A stretch of 35,770 nt of DNA, from the UHGV virus genome UHGV-0348126, one strand, 5' to 3'. Shown piece after piece: positions 19,285-27,657 of this stretch. Source of the stretch: a virus. Within the stretch, counting starts at the first letter, position 1; every line of letters begins with the position of its first letter. Under the pieces are notes generated by a model. That model did no database searches. It worked only from the letters and a program-made list of their open reading frames with translations, and was not told where the DNA came from. A program made the translations under genes and the position numbers.

Positions 19285-19895
19285 ACCAGCAGCGCCGCCC
19301 GCGCCTTGTTGTATCGGACCTTACGATCCTCAATACCGTTCAAACCGCCGTTAATGATGCGCGTAACACGGTTAATATCGGCACCGTAGATCATGCAACC
19401 TTTAGAGGTGTAGAACCATGCAGCTGAGCGCGCCGCCTGTAGTTCCTGTTCCAGTTGTTCAGGTGAAGTCACCAGATCTAACTTCAGCGCCGCGCCACAG
19501 ATGCGATAATTATGGAGGCCAGTGATTTGAATTAATCCTCTACCACGATATTTCCAGCCATCACCTGGTGCTTTGTTACCCAGTCGGTTGCTATACACCA
19601 GATTGGCAATAGCATCCTGACGAGCTGCATGTCCGGATGTTCTGCCAAGGGCATCAGCCTGCTGCTGTGTGATCCTCTTTCCGAACGTCGCCACAAGCGC
19701 AGATGGTGTGTAGTTAAGATTTTCAACTACGGCGCTAAACCCCATCGACTCATGGCCTGCCTGAGCGATAAACATTGCCTGATCCGCTGGTGCTGTAATG
19801 CCGAATTCCTTCATCGCCGCATCAATGTGCGGAAACCAGCGCGCAGCCAGCCCGGCGCTAATACCAGCCGCCTTTTGAAATAATTGTTGGTTCAT
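19281..19895 (-). CDS. endolysin, glycoside hydrolase family 19-like
   Basis: 204-aa ORF between holin and spanin genes; recalled resemblance to GH19 phage lysozymes. Confidence 0.75.
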   Translation of the reverse strand: MNQQLFQKAAGISAGLAARWFPHIDAAMKEFGITAPADQAMFIAQAGHESMGFSAVVENLNYTPSALVATFGKRITQQQADALGRTSGHAARQDAIANLVYSNRLGNKAPGDGWKYRGRGLIQITGLHNYRICGAALKLDLVTSPEQLEQELQAARSAAWFYTSKGCMIYGADINRVTRIINGGLNGIEDRKVRYNKARAALLV

Positions 19896-20176
19896 TAGTG
19901 CCTCAGATGATCAACCAGACGTGCAACGTTGCCTCTGACGGCCACCAGCACGGAAAGAAAAATAGTATTCGCCACGATAATGGGCCATGAGGAATGGGGA
20001 TAAATCCCACAGAGATAGGCCAATGGAACAGCACTGTATGTAACAGTAATCAGCCAGGCTAAACGTGAAACCCAAGGACGATGCCGCGAATCACCACGAC
20101 GATAAAACATCAGAGTAATAACAACACAAGCACATAACAGCGCATTTATAGTTGCTGTCGGGTCATTTAGCTCCAC
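19895..20176 (-). CDS. holin-like / antiholin membrane protein
   Basis: 93-aa ORF with hydrophobic helices, between holin and endolysin; 1-nt overlap with the endolysin start. Confidence 0.5.
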   Translation of the reverse strand: MELNDPTATINALLCACVVITLMFYRRGDSRHRPWVSRLAWLITVTYSAVPLAYLCGIYPHSSWPIIVANTIFLSVLVAVRGNVARLVDHLRH

Positions 20177-20549
20177 CTGAACCTCCCCGGCGCGTTATGA
20201 GCGCCACCAGCGAGCCGATATCCTGATTATTCAGGAATGTCAGGATTTTAACGGCTAAAGCAGAGACGATTACGGCACCAATAGCATCCAGAGGTTTATC
20301 ACTGTATCCGGTCAAGTTCGCCAGCTTGGAGCCAACCAACCCAGAGCATAGGATCCCGGCAATATATGACACGATAAAATATGCCAGTCGGCGTGATGCA
20401 CTCAGATCTGCTGCTGTTGCTATGTAGAATACAGCCCCTGCAAATGCGCCAAATACAACGCCGTAATCAGTTCCGGTCAGCAGTCCATAAACACTGGCCC
20501 CCGTCAGGGCACCACCAGCCAGCCCAGTACCGGAAATCGGATCGGACAT
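20163..20549 (-). CDS. holin
   Basis: 128-aa ORF, Gly/Ala-rich multi-helix membrane protein with charged C-terminus, first gene of the lysis cassette; AGAGGGGG RBS upstream. Confidence 0.6.
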   Translation of the reverse strand: MSDPISGTGLAGGALTGASVYGLLTGTDYGVVFGAFAGAVFYIATAADLSASRRLAYFIVSYIAGILCSGLVGSKLANLTGYSDKPLDAIGAVIVSALAVKILTFLNNQDIGSLVALITRRGGSGGAK

Positions 20550-20628
20550 TTAGCCCCCTCTTAATTGCTGTTGGTCCTCTCAGATATGAGGGGAAGGGAT
20601 CTTAATGACAGTCTGTTTATTATTTCAG

Positions 20629-20886
20629 TCAAACACTACCCTGTTGATGATTTCTCAGAAGCGAACTTGACTCCCAAGGGAAACTCAACTTTCCGTTAAA
20701 ACCACCAGCAGACATTCGTTCAATTTCCACAGAAATATCACTGAGCCGTTCTTCAAGCTCTGCTTTTTCTTTTACCAGACGGTTATAGCGGCTTAGATGA
20801 AGCTTTTGCTGCTCCAGCCAGTCTTCAAGCTGTTCAACAGTCATACCAGGGTTAAAAAAATATGGCTGCTGCTTTTCGCCCTGCAT
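20629..20886 (-). CDS. hypothetical protein, first late-operon gene (start at internal Met of track ORF 20629..20955)
   Basis: A GGAGG RBS lies 8 nt upstream of the ATG at 20886 (MQGEKQQPYFF...); the upstream part of the track ORF is occupied by a terminator hairpin and is unlikely to be coding. Confidence 0.4.
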   Translation of the reverse strand: MQGEKQQPYFFNPGMTVEQLEDWLEQQKLHLSRYNRLVKEKAELEERLSDISVEIERMSAGGFNGKLSFPWESSSLLRNHQQGSV

Positions 20887-20900
20887 TATTGACCTCCAGA

Positions 20901-20926
20901 AAAGCAAAAACCCCGCCGAAGCGAGG
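20901..20926 (-). terminator. intrinsic terminator, tR'-like (late-leader terminator read through by Q)
   Basis: Minus strand CCTCGC-TTCG-GCGGGG (6-bp stem incl. one G-U pair, UUCG loop) followed by TTTTTGCTTTT; lies between the Q gene and the first late gene. Confidence 0.6.
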
Positions 20927-21036
20927 TTTGTTATGATTTCGTTAACGGCAGACATACAAAGCCCATCGTTAGGAAAATCCTAACCAGATTTTTTGAAAAA
21001 TGCAAGAATCATGTCGCTATCTTCGGCGAAAATCAT

Positions 21037-21789
21037 TTATCTCGTCACTTTTCTTAATTGCGCCTCAGCATATGCTTCTTCCTGCCAGCACTTTGTCACC
21101 AGTTTATCAATGACATCTGCATATCCTTTGTACCACTGATAATCCGTCAGGTCTGGTACCAGCTTCTGGACATGATGCCGCGCCAGTGTGGTTGGTAAAC
21201 GGCTAAACCGGTTTCCATTGCAACGCCCACAAATCTTATAAACAGGCGTGCCATGAAGCCGGGTCCTTTTTTCATCCAGGACAATACCTTTACCCTTACA
21301 CCCTCTGCACGCTGTGCTGGCTTCTCCCTTACCATGACAATGCTGACATAGTTCCTTCACCCACTCTTCCTTGATAACAGATTCCCCGCTTCTGGAGTGT
21401 TTCACCACTTCGCGCAATACATTATGAAATCCAGTACCAGCACAATGCTCACAGCGAGCCTTACTTGCCGCAGACCTGGAATAATCAGCAAAGGCAAAAT
21501 TCACAAGGTAAGGGATGATCTGTAACCGGGTTTCTTCACTCAATTTATTCAATGTCGGATTATCCAGTGCCATCGCGTAATTGAGCAGACCTTCAATCGC
21601 AAACTGAGGATCCTGAACACCAACTTTTGCCAGGAATAAGGCAAATCCAAGCGGTGCTTTCGACTGCACCATCCCCTGCGCAGCCATCACATCCGTAATC
21701 GTTAAACCACCCGAGCCTGTCGCCGGTGCGTCATCGCTCAGTTTTGGAGATTTTGGGGAGTAATATTTTGGTAAGGCTTCAAGGTTCAT
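21037..21789 (-). CDS. late-gene antiterminator Q
   Basis: 250-aa ORF with Cys-rich zinc-binding-like segment (CEHCAGTGF...CQHCHGKGE...CRGCKGKG...CGRCNG); located immediately upstream of the late promoter/terminator and lysis genes. Confidence 0.75.
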   Translation of the reverse strand: MNLEALPKYYSPKSPKLSDDAPATGSGGLTITDVMAAQGMVQSKAPLGFALFLAKVGVQDPQFAIEGLLNYAMALDNPTLNKLSEETRLQIIPYLVNFAFADYSRSAASKARCEHCAGTGFHNVLREVVKHSRSGESVIKEEWVKELCQHCHGKGEASTACRGCKGKGIVLDEKRTRLHGTPVYKICGRCNGNRFSRLPTTLARHHVQKLVPDLTDYQWYKGYADVIDKLVTKCWQEEAYAEAQLRKVTR

Positions 21790-21802
21790 GCTCGTTCTCC
21801 AC

Positions 21803-22798
21803 TTACGCCAGTACGCCTATTGCCAGCGCACGATCGATAAAACGAAATATCAGCTCCAGCTGGGAGCCATACTTCTCTTCAAATGCCACGGTATCCGCAT
21901 GCAGCTCGTCGTGATGCTTTCTGCACAAAGGCAACACAAAGAGGTCATGCGCTTTTGTACCCATTCCCCCCTGACCGTGGCCTATCAGGTGGTGGGGATC
22001 ATCAGCAGGCTTTCCACAACATGCGCACGGCTGTGTCTTAACCCAGCGCGTGTACTTTTCATTAACCCAGCGGCGACGTTTTGGGCGTAACATAAAAGAC
22101 TCCGGCGACTCCGGATCCACTTTCAGCGCCAGCACCTTTTTCGCCTTATCCTGGATGATGCTGGTGGCAGGAACCGAAGGCACAAGGTCACTTTCCCGGG
22201 TGACAGACGGCACAACAGGATTCGGTAATCTCAGTGCCTTACGGGCTGCACTTTCCGGTAAGGCATCCGCCAGATCATTACGAACCAGCCACCAGCACAG
22301 TTCCGGCATTGTCACAACGTGACTGTCATCAAAACCGAGATCCCGACGCACAACAGACAACACCCAGCGGGCACAGTTATCCGTTGCCATTGATTCCAGC
22401 CGTTCCGTGAACTGATCGCGCAGCTGGTTATCGCAGTGCCAGCACAGACGGATTGCGCCCGGAGCGTGTCGCATTGTTGTCATGTTCTCGCTGTGCCAGT
22501 CGGAATGAGGCCACTGGCAGCCTTTTTCACGAAGTAACCAGCTTTCAAGACATTCCACGCCACCAGCACGACGGATCACTGCCTCATTGCGGAACACGGC
22601 CCGAACAGCAGGATCATCCGCCAGCGGTTGTGATGCCGCCGGAACGGCACCACTGGCAAAAGATGAATAACGTTCTGGCTCAGGCTCCAGCAGGACACGC
22701 CCCTGCATAAACAGGGGCATCAGCTCTGAACCGGGTCTGAACAATACGATCCCCATACGCGGGGCAATTTCAGGGGTCAGTAATGCTCTCACGGTCAC
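21803..22798 (-). CDS. DUF968-family protein (YdfU-like), C-terminal HNH-like Cys/His motif
   Basis: 331-aa ORF; C-terminal CACCGKPADDPHHLIGHGQGGMGTKAHDLFVLPLCRKHHDELH; recalled as typical of the nin region of lambdoid prophages. Confidence 0.65.
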   Translation of the reverse strand: MTVRALLTPEIAPRMGIVLFRPGSELMPLFMQGRVLLEPEPERYSSFASGAVPAASQPLADDPAVRAVFRNEAVIRRAGGVECLESWLLREKGCQWPHSDWHSENMTTMRHAPGAIRLCWHCDNQLRDQFTERLESMATDNCARWVLSVVRRDLGFDDSHVVTMPELCWWLVRNDLADALPESAARKALRLPNPVVPSVTRESDLVPSVPATSIIQDKAKKVLALKVDPESPESFMLRPKRRRWVNEKYTRWVKTQPCACCGKPADDPHHLIGHGQGGMGTKAHDLFVLPLCRKHHDELHADTVAFEEKYGSQLELIFRFIDRALAIGVLA

Positions 22799-22799
22799 C

Positions 22800-23597
22800 T
22801 CAATGAACGGTATCGAGCAGCTTTAACAGCTCAGGGAATCGGGATTCGAAGAAATGCGGCTGCGTCTCGCGCGGATTTGCGGGACTGGTGATGTTCTTGC
22901 CGAACATGCAGCCTTTCGCTGTCAGCGACCAGAATTTTTTGATGTTGTTAATCGCGGTACGGCTGTATCGTTCGCGCTGCTCGACGATCCCCAGCTTCAC
23001 CATCTGGTGATATGCCTGATTAGCCGTCAGGCGGATACCATACTGCTTCAGCAGTGCACTCAGTGACAGCGTAGGGCGACTTGAGCCATCGGGTGCATCG
23101 GCAGGAGCATCAATTGCATAGCGCGGAGCCAGATTCGGTAAGCCAACAGCCTCCTGGAGTTTCTGACAAGCCCCAAGCACAGATGAGTTAGACAGGTTTA
23201 ATTCCCGACGCATAAAGTCCAGCAGAATCACACCAGCCTGCATCTTGTCAGCAGCCTGCCCGGATAATTTTTCCGGTGCGCTGGTTACCATATCGAAAGT
23301 ACGGATCACCTTCAGATGGAATGACGGGCTGATCCACATTGCATAGGCATACACCAGTTCTTTGCAGACATACGTCCCCTGGTTATTTCCGCCACGAATA
23401 ACGTTAACTGGCTCTATATTGACCGAGTTGCAAATCTGCAACTCGCTTATTAAACGTTCAGTTTGCTCATTGCGGAGCCAGAATGCAGGCTTATGCTTAT
23501 CCAGAGAACCGGCAGCCCTGTGCAGATCGTTCAGGCTGTAACGACCATAAGCATCACGACGAACTTCAATACCATCAATGACCATCAGATTATTCAT
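22800..23597 (-). CDS. KilA-N domain protein (start at internal ATG 23597)
   Basis: AGGAGA RBS 10 nt upstream of ATG at 23597 giving MNNLMVIDGIEVRRDAYGRYSLNDLHRAAG..., recalled as a KilA-N N-terminus; C-terminal half unassigned. Confidence 0.65.
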   Translation of the reverse strand: MNNLMVIDGIEVRRDAYGRYSLNDLHRAAGSLDKHKPAFWLRNEQTERLISELQICNSVNIEPVNVIRGGNNQGTYVCKELVYAYAMWISPSFHLKVIRTFDMVTSAPEKLSGQAADKMQAGVILLDFMRRELNLSNSSVLGACQKLQEAVGLPNLAPRYAIDAPADAPDGSSRPTLSLSALLKQYGIRLTANQAYHQMVKLGIVEQRERYSRTAINNIKKFWSLTAKGCMFGKNITSPANPRETQPHFFESRFPELLKLLDTVH

Positions 23598-23616
23598 ACT
23601 TCGTTTCTCCTCTTGA

Positions 23617-24006
23617 TCAGGCGGCTGCACCCGCCGTTTTCTCGTACTTACTGATGGTGATCTCGACCTTCCCTTTCGGGATAACCGGTCCCCACTCCAC
23701 CAGCATTCTTTTCACCTGTCTGTCGTCTTCCCACACACCCGCGTGGGTCAACGCGTCAAACAGCGCCTTGTTATAGTTGTCCAGATCGCGGATCCGGTTA
23801 TCCGGAGGAAACAACACGATCTCCACTGAAGCAGGTGCCGACGTTGGTTTTGGCAGACGACGTAACTGCTCAACTATTGCTGCGCACGCCGCGCTCTGAA
23901 ATTTTCGCCCCGCCGCGCTTATCAGGCTCTTACCAGCAAATTCCCCTTTGTTGGGGTGTCGCCAGTACGTGTTCACGCTGGGCGGGAAAGGCAGGATCAG
24001 CTTCAT
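23617..24006 (-). CDS. rusA: RusA Holliday junction resolvase
   Basis: 129-aa ORF; size and recalled RusA-family resemblance (MKLILPFPPSVNTYW...); nin-region location. Confidence 0.8.
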   Translation of the reverse strand: MKLILPFPPSVNTYWRHPNKGEFAGKSLISAAGRKFQSAACAAIVEQLRRLPKPTSAPASVEIVLFPPDNRIRDLDNYNKALFDALTHAGVWEDDRQVKRMLVEWGPVIPKGKVEITISKYEKTAGAAA

Positions 24007-24329
24007 ACTTTCAGGCCTCTCTCATGTAACCAGTGGGTTGCACGCAGCCTGGCGTTTTCCTCACCGGCAAGCAGTGAGCGGATAATCCCGACCGCCTCGC
24101 TGTCGTCGTCCTTCACCGCGGTATGAAGAGTGATACCCCGGGCCACGCCACGCTTTATCGTGATGACGCCTTTTTTCTCCAGTGCGCGAAGATGTTCCAC
24201 CGCTGCATTCACTGAACGGTATCCCAGCATGGTTGCCACCTCCTGATTGGTTGGCGGGAAGCCACGTTCTTTCTGGTAAGAAATCAGCATATCCAGCACC
24301 TGCTGCTGGCATTGAGTTAACGTCGTCAT
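24003..24329 (-). CDS. LexA-family DNA-binding-domain protein (no peptidase domain)
   Basis: 108-aa ORF; N-terminal region (LTQCQQQVLDMLISYQKERGFPPTNQEVATMLGYRSVNAAVEHLRALEKKGVI) resembles a LexA winged-helix; no S24 motifs; ATGA overlaps on both sides. Confidence 0.5.
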   Translation of the reverse strand: MTTLTQCQQQVLDMLISYQKERGFPPTNQEVATMLGYRSVNAAVEHLRALEKKGVITIKRGVARGITLHTAVKDDDSEAVGIIRSLLAGEENARLRATHWLHERGLKV

Positions 24330-24979
24330 GCCGCCATCTCCCTGACCAGTTTTTCCGCCTGCTGGCGAACCTGCGCCAGAAACGCCTCACCACATGCCTC
24401 AAGTTCATCGCGCCCGATGTAGCTGATTGCCGGTCCCTTCCAGGTCTTGTCGAAAACAGCAATAGCACCAGCGAAGAAAGCGCCTGTCGGCACCTGCTTC
24501 TCGTCCTTCGGTATAAACCAGGCAGGCAGTTCAAAACCAATACGCCCGCGAATAAAAGCAATATGATCTGCATCTTCCGGCCACCACACTTCGCTGGTGG
24601 CCGCTTTGATCAGGAAAACATAGCGCCCGCCCTTATCACGCATGGCACTGGCATGTTTCATGATGTAACGCATGCCGGTGATGTATTGCCCCTCATGCTG
24701 ACTGGCGCGGCTGTATGGGGGATTACCAAAGGCAGCACCTTTAAGCTCCGCAAGACGTTCTGACCAGTCATGCGCCAGCGCGTTATCTTCCGCCGTGTAA
24801 TACGCGGCACATTTGGCGTTATCACCGTCAGTAAACAGATCTAGAACAAACGGGCCAAACAGGGTGTTAATTCCCCAGAAAATGTTGTCCGGCGTGCGCC
24901 ACTGATCGCCCACTTCCTTCAGTTCATGGGCTGGTTTGTTCCGCAGCTCCACCAGCGCCTGGCAATATTTATTACTCAT
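24326..24979 (-). CDS. phage N6-adenine DNA methyltransferase (Dam-like orphan); start at internal ATG 24979
   Basis: Contains the NPPY catalytic motif (AAFGNPPYSRAS); the ATG at 24979 overlaps the upstream gene stop by 1 nt (MSNKYCQ...). Confidence 0.8.
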   Translation of the reverse strand: MSNKYCQALVELRNKPAHELKEVGDQWRTPDNIFWGINTLFGPFVLDLFTDGDNAKCAAYYTAEDNALAHDWSERLAELKGAAFGNPPYSRASQHEGQYITGMRYIMKHASAMRDKGGRYVFLIKAATSEVWWPEDADHIAFIRGRIGFELPAWFIPKDEKQVPTGAFFAGAIAVFDKTWKGPAISYIGRDELEACGEAFLAQVRQQAEKLVREMAA

Positions 24980-25473
24980 TAAGCCCCCACGTAATTCCCT
25001 GACAGATACCACTCTTCACCCGATGCAGCGCGCTTGCTGCTTTTCCGTAAGCACCGCTCACGATGCGCCAGAAAATTGTTTCGTTCTGGCTGGGAGTGGC
25101 TTTCACGGAATGCCTCCATCCACACCGTTGCAGCTCGACGGAATAAGCCCCTGGACTCCAGTTCTTCAGCCTGGCGGATCAGGCACAAAATCACCCGGGG
25201 GTCGTTAGTGCCGACATAGAAATTGCGCACAGGTCTGGTTTCACGAACAGATTGTGGTTCCGGCTCCTGCGCTCTCTCAGTCAGGCGCGGGAAATGTCTG
25301 CGTGTATCTCCTTCACAACGGTGAGCCACACGCCCACTCTGACGTAACTTGCTTGCTGACTGCAGAACGCGCTGCCGTGAGTAACCAGCAAAAGCATCCG
25401 CAATGTCTCCGGAAGTACACCCCGGATGGGCTTCAATGAATTTCTGAACTTCATTCAAAAGACTCACGATCAC
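24979..25473 (-). CDS. hypothetical regulator (possible PerC/ANR-like C-terminal region)
   Basis: 164-aa ORF; C-terminal LESRGLFRRAATVWMEAF is reminiscent of PerC/ANR regulators by memory only; ATGA overlap with the replication gene. Confidence 0.3.
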   Translation of the reverse strand: MIVSLLNEVQKFIEAHPGCTSGDIADAFAGYSRQRVLQSASKLRQSGRVAHRCEGDTRRHFPRLTERAQEPEPQSVRETRPVRNFYVGTNDPRVILCLIRQAEELESRGLFRRAATVWMEAFRESHSQPERNNFLAHRERCLRKSSKRAASGEEWYLSGNYVGA

Positions 25474-26288
25474 CCCCTGAATCCTGCCGGGATCTGGCTG
25501 TAGTCCACGTTGTCGTAACTGGATTTGAAGTACGGGTCCTCACGTCTGGCTGCAGATACCGCAGGAACTTCCCAGGATTCTTCGAAATGACGATCCGGAC
25601 CAAAGAACGTGACAGCCTGTTTCACAAATTGTGTGCCGCTATTGCCCATCGCAGATACCCAGCCCGCGTAGCGTTTCACACCTTCCAGCATGGTTTCGGG
25701 GTTTACTCCCTCATTCAAACGGGCTTTCCAGGCTTTGAAGGCTGCAGATTTTGAATTGCCACCAGCACGTTTGGGGTATGCCAGCCATGTCTGCTCAAAC
25801 TCCGGAGAGTATTCCGGTCGGTTTGAACGAACTCGCACAGACTCATCAGCAGATTCACCAACAGCTATTGGTTCATTGACTGGTTCTTTGACTGATTCAA
25901 AAGAGTGACTGGTTCTGGGTGAATCTCCTGCACTACCCCCTGGTGCAACTCCTGCACTACCTGGTGAATTTGCTGCACCAGATAGTGAATTATTTGCACT
26001 ACCCCCTAGTGAATCTCCTGCACCATCCAGATGAAGGAGATAGATATTACTTGAGTTACCTTTTTCACCTTTCCGGGTGACTTTTTTTACCAGCCCGGAC
26101 TCACAAAGGGCCGCAATATGATTCATCACAGAACGTTTGCTAATCTCGCACTGGTCAGCAATATGCTGGTAGCTGGGCCAGCACTCACCCTGATCACTGG
26201 CATTATCAGCCAGCTTGATCAGAACCAGTTTTCGCAATGGATTACCCACTCGAATTTTCATCGCTTTAACCATCAGCTCCATACTCAT
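25470..26288 (-). CDS. replication initiator (lambda O-like; N-terminal HTH, Gly/Ser/Ala/Pro linker, C-terminal domain)
   Basis: 272-aa ORF; N-terminal winged-helix-like region (RKLVLIKLADNASDQGECWPSYQHIADQCEISKRSVMNHIAALCESGLVKK); the linker GAGDSLGGSANNSLSGAANSPGSAGVAPGGSAGDSP is encoded by the iteron repeats, as in lambda O. Confidence 0.7.
   Translation of the reverse strand: MSMELMVKAMKIRVGNPLRKLVLIKLADNASDQGECWPSYQHIADQCEISKRSVMNHIAALCESGLVKKVTRKGEKGNSSNIYLLHLDGAGDSLGGSANNSLSGAANSPGSAGVAPGGSAGDSPRTSHSFESVKEPVNEPIAVGESADESVRVRSNRPEYSPEFEQTWLAYPKRAGGNSKSAAFKAWKARLNEGVNPETMLEGVKRYAGWVSAMGNSGTQFVKQAVTFFGPDRHFEESWEVPAVSAARREDPYFKSSYDNVDYSQIPAGFRG
25919..26023. repeat. five iteron-like direct repeats (candidate replication origin) inside the initiator gene
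   Basis: Plus-strand 15-mers GTGAATCTCCTGCAC (25919), GTGCAACTCCTGCAC (25943), GTGAATTTGCTGCAC (25964), GTGAATTATTTGCAC (25985), GTGAATCTCCTGCAC (26009); spacing 24/21/21/24 bp; an AT-rich stretch follows at 26030..26060. Confidence 0.6.
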
Positions 26289-26509
26289 GCTGCACCTCCG
26301 AGATGCTTCATGTTTTTTCCGGAGCGAAAGGCTATAAGCGGCATACTGACGCGGTAATTACGGCCCAGCGGTTCACAAACCACCTTCTGACATTCACGGT
26401 CAACCAGGCTAACACGTAGAACATGCCCTGCAGGCGTGGTGTACCACTGACCCGGACGAGGACAACGGAAAGTCTGATTGGTAAAACGTTTGAAAATATT
26501 CCGGATCAT
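26285..26509 (-). CDS. hypothetical protein
   Basis: 74-aa ORF with ATGA overlaps to Rha (upstream) and the replication initiator (downstream). Confidence 0.4.
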   Translation of the reverse strand: MIRNIFKRFTNQTFRCPRPGQWYTTPAGHVLRVSLVDRECQKVVCEPLGRNYRVSMPLIAFRSGKNMKHLGGAA

Positions 26510-27657
26510 TTGCGCCCCCTTACCTCTGAAGGGTTCAGCGACAAATTTATGAGGCAGGCCAGCGCCGAAGCATCATTAATATAGTCATATAAGCTAACAG
26601 CCAGCGGAGATTCGGCTTTTGCCAACATAGGATAAAGCTGCTGCAGCCAGACCTGATGAATTGATGAAATGTAGGAACAGAGAACGCTGGCGTTATGTGC
26701 AACGTCGCTCGGTACAGCGGGCTTTGAAAGCTGTTTCTCCATCTGGTTAAAGGCATTGATGTATGCCTCTTTGAACTGGGCAGCACGTTTACCCGTGAAA
26801 CCCATAGCAAGAAACGCAAAGCCGTCGCGGGTTATTTGATAGCAAGGTAGTTTGCGGCCTGTGCAATCGGTGTAATCACTCACCGAAAAATTGCGGGCAG
26901 TGAATGATGCGGAGCATTCAAGCGTGCGGATCTTTTTCAGTACATCGTCATGACGTTTGGAGAAGAAGTTGGCAACAGCCAGGGATGAAGTAACAGCCTG
27001 ACCATCAACGATGGCAATTTCAGGTTGAGTGAGGGTTGGGATCGTAGCCATGATGGCAGCCTCTTTGGTGATTTTAAATAACTCACCACCAAGGCTTTCC
27101 ACGACCTTATTGGTGGTGAGACGTACAGGGGTGGAAATACCGGTCACCAAAGAACCCGGCCCAACCGAAGTTGGCCCTGCACGCCCCACCATAATTTGGG
27201 CGTAATGCTGCTCATGACACAAAAAAACCGCAAGAGCGCGGTTGTGCGCTTTGGTGAATTCCGGGTTTCCACGCCCGGCACCCGCTTTATAAGGTGCCTG
27301 AACAGTGTAACGTCCCGGAATGGCAGAATCAATGTGCTGGTGGTCCTTCACACTCAACAAAATCACGCCTGAATTTCCACAAAGGACTAAAGCACTCATG
27401 CGGGTAGTCTTTGCGAAGATAGATAACGCGCTGTGTTTCTGGCTCCCAACGAATAACATGAACATAAAGTCCTCTTCCGTCACGAAACCAGCGGTTAAGT
27501 TCCTGCACAACTCGCCCCCCACAGTCAGGTAAAGTTCTCTGTGGTTACTTACAGCCAGGTGATTTGGTAATCTGCATTCATGCCGTAACAACAGGTGTTC
27601 AGCCACGCGGACCACCAGCTGTTGCGACCAACGGTTATTTGCCGTTAAACTGTTCAT
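26506..27657 (-). CDS. Rha-family regulatory protein; Rha-like domain occupies 26506..27051 (alternative start ATG 27051), preceded in frame by a 202-codon extension of unknown function
   Basis: C-terminal 181 aa (MATIPTLTQPEIAIVDGQAVTSSLAVANFFSKRHDDVLKKIRTLE...) recalled as Rha-like, with AAAGAGG RBS 9 nt upstream of ATG 27051; the full ORF start at 27657 overlaps the upstream gene stop as ATGA. Confidence 0.55.
   Translation of the reverse strand: MNSLTANNRWSQQLVVRVAEHLLLRHECRLPNHLAVSNHRELYLTVGGELCRNLTAGFVTEEDFMFMLFVGSQKHSALSIFAKTTRMSALVLCGNSGVILLSVKDHQHIDSAIPGRYTVQAPYKAGAGRGNPEFTKAHNRALAVFLCHEQHYAQIMVGRAGPTSVGPGSLVTGISTPVRLTTNKVVESLGGELFKITKEAAIMATIPTLTQPEIAIVDGQAVTSSLAVANFFSKRHDDVLKKIRTLECSASFTARNFSVSDYTDCTGRKLPCYQITRDGFAFLAMGFTGKRAAQFKEAYINAFNQMEKQLSKPAVPSDVAHNASVLCSYISSIHQVWLQQLYPMLAKAESPLAVSLYDYINDASALACLINLSLNPSEVRGRK

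Noticed and set aside
20887-20955. N-terminal 23 codons of track ORF 20629..20955
   Set aside because: This segment coincides with the terminator hairpin and T-run, and a strong GGAGG RBS precedes the internal ATG at 20886; the upstream ATG is probably not used.
24182-24763. 193-aa plus-strand ORF (and overlapping 170-aa minus-strand alternative frame 24061..24573)
   Set aside because: Overlap the methylase and LexA-like genes, which carry catalytic or HTH motifs and ATGA coupling; these alternative frames are Arg/Pro/Gly-rich frame artefacts.
25919-26023. Possible CRISPR-like array (regularly spaced repeats)
   Set aside because: Only five short, imperfect repeats with about 6-9 bp between them, lying inside an intact replication initiator ORF with no cas genes; the iteron/origin interpretation fits better.
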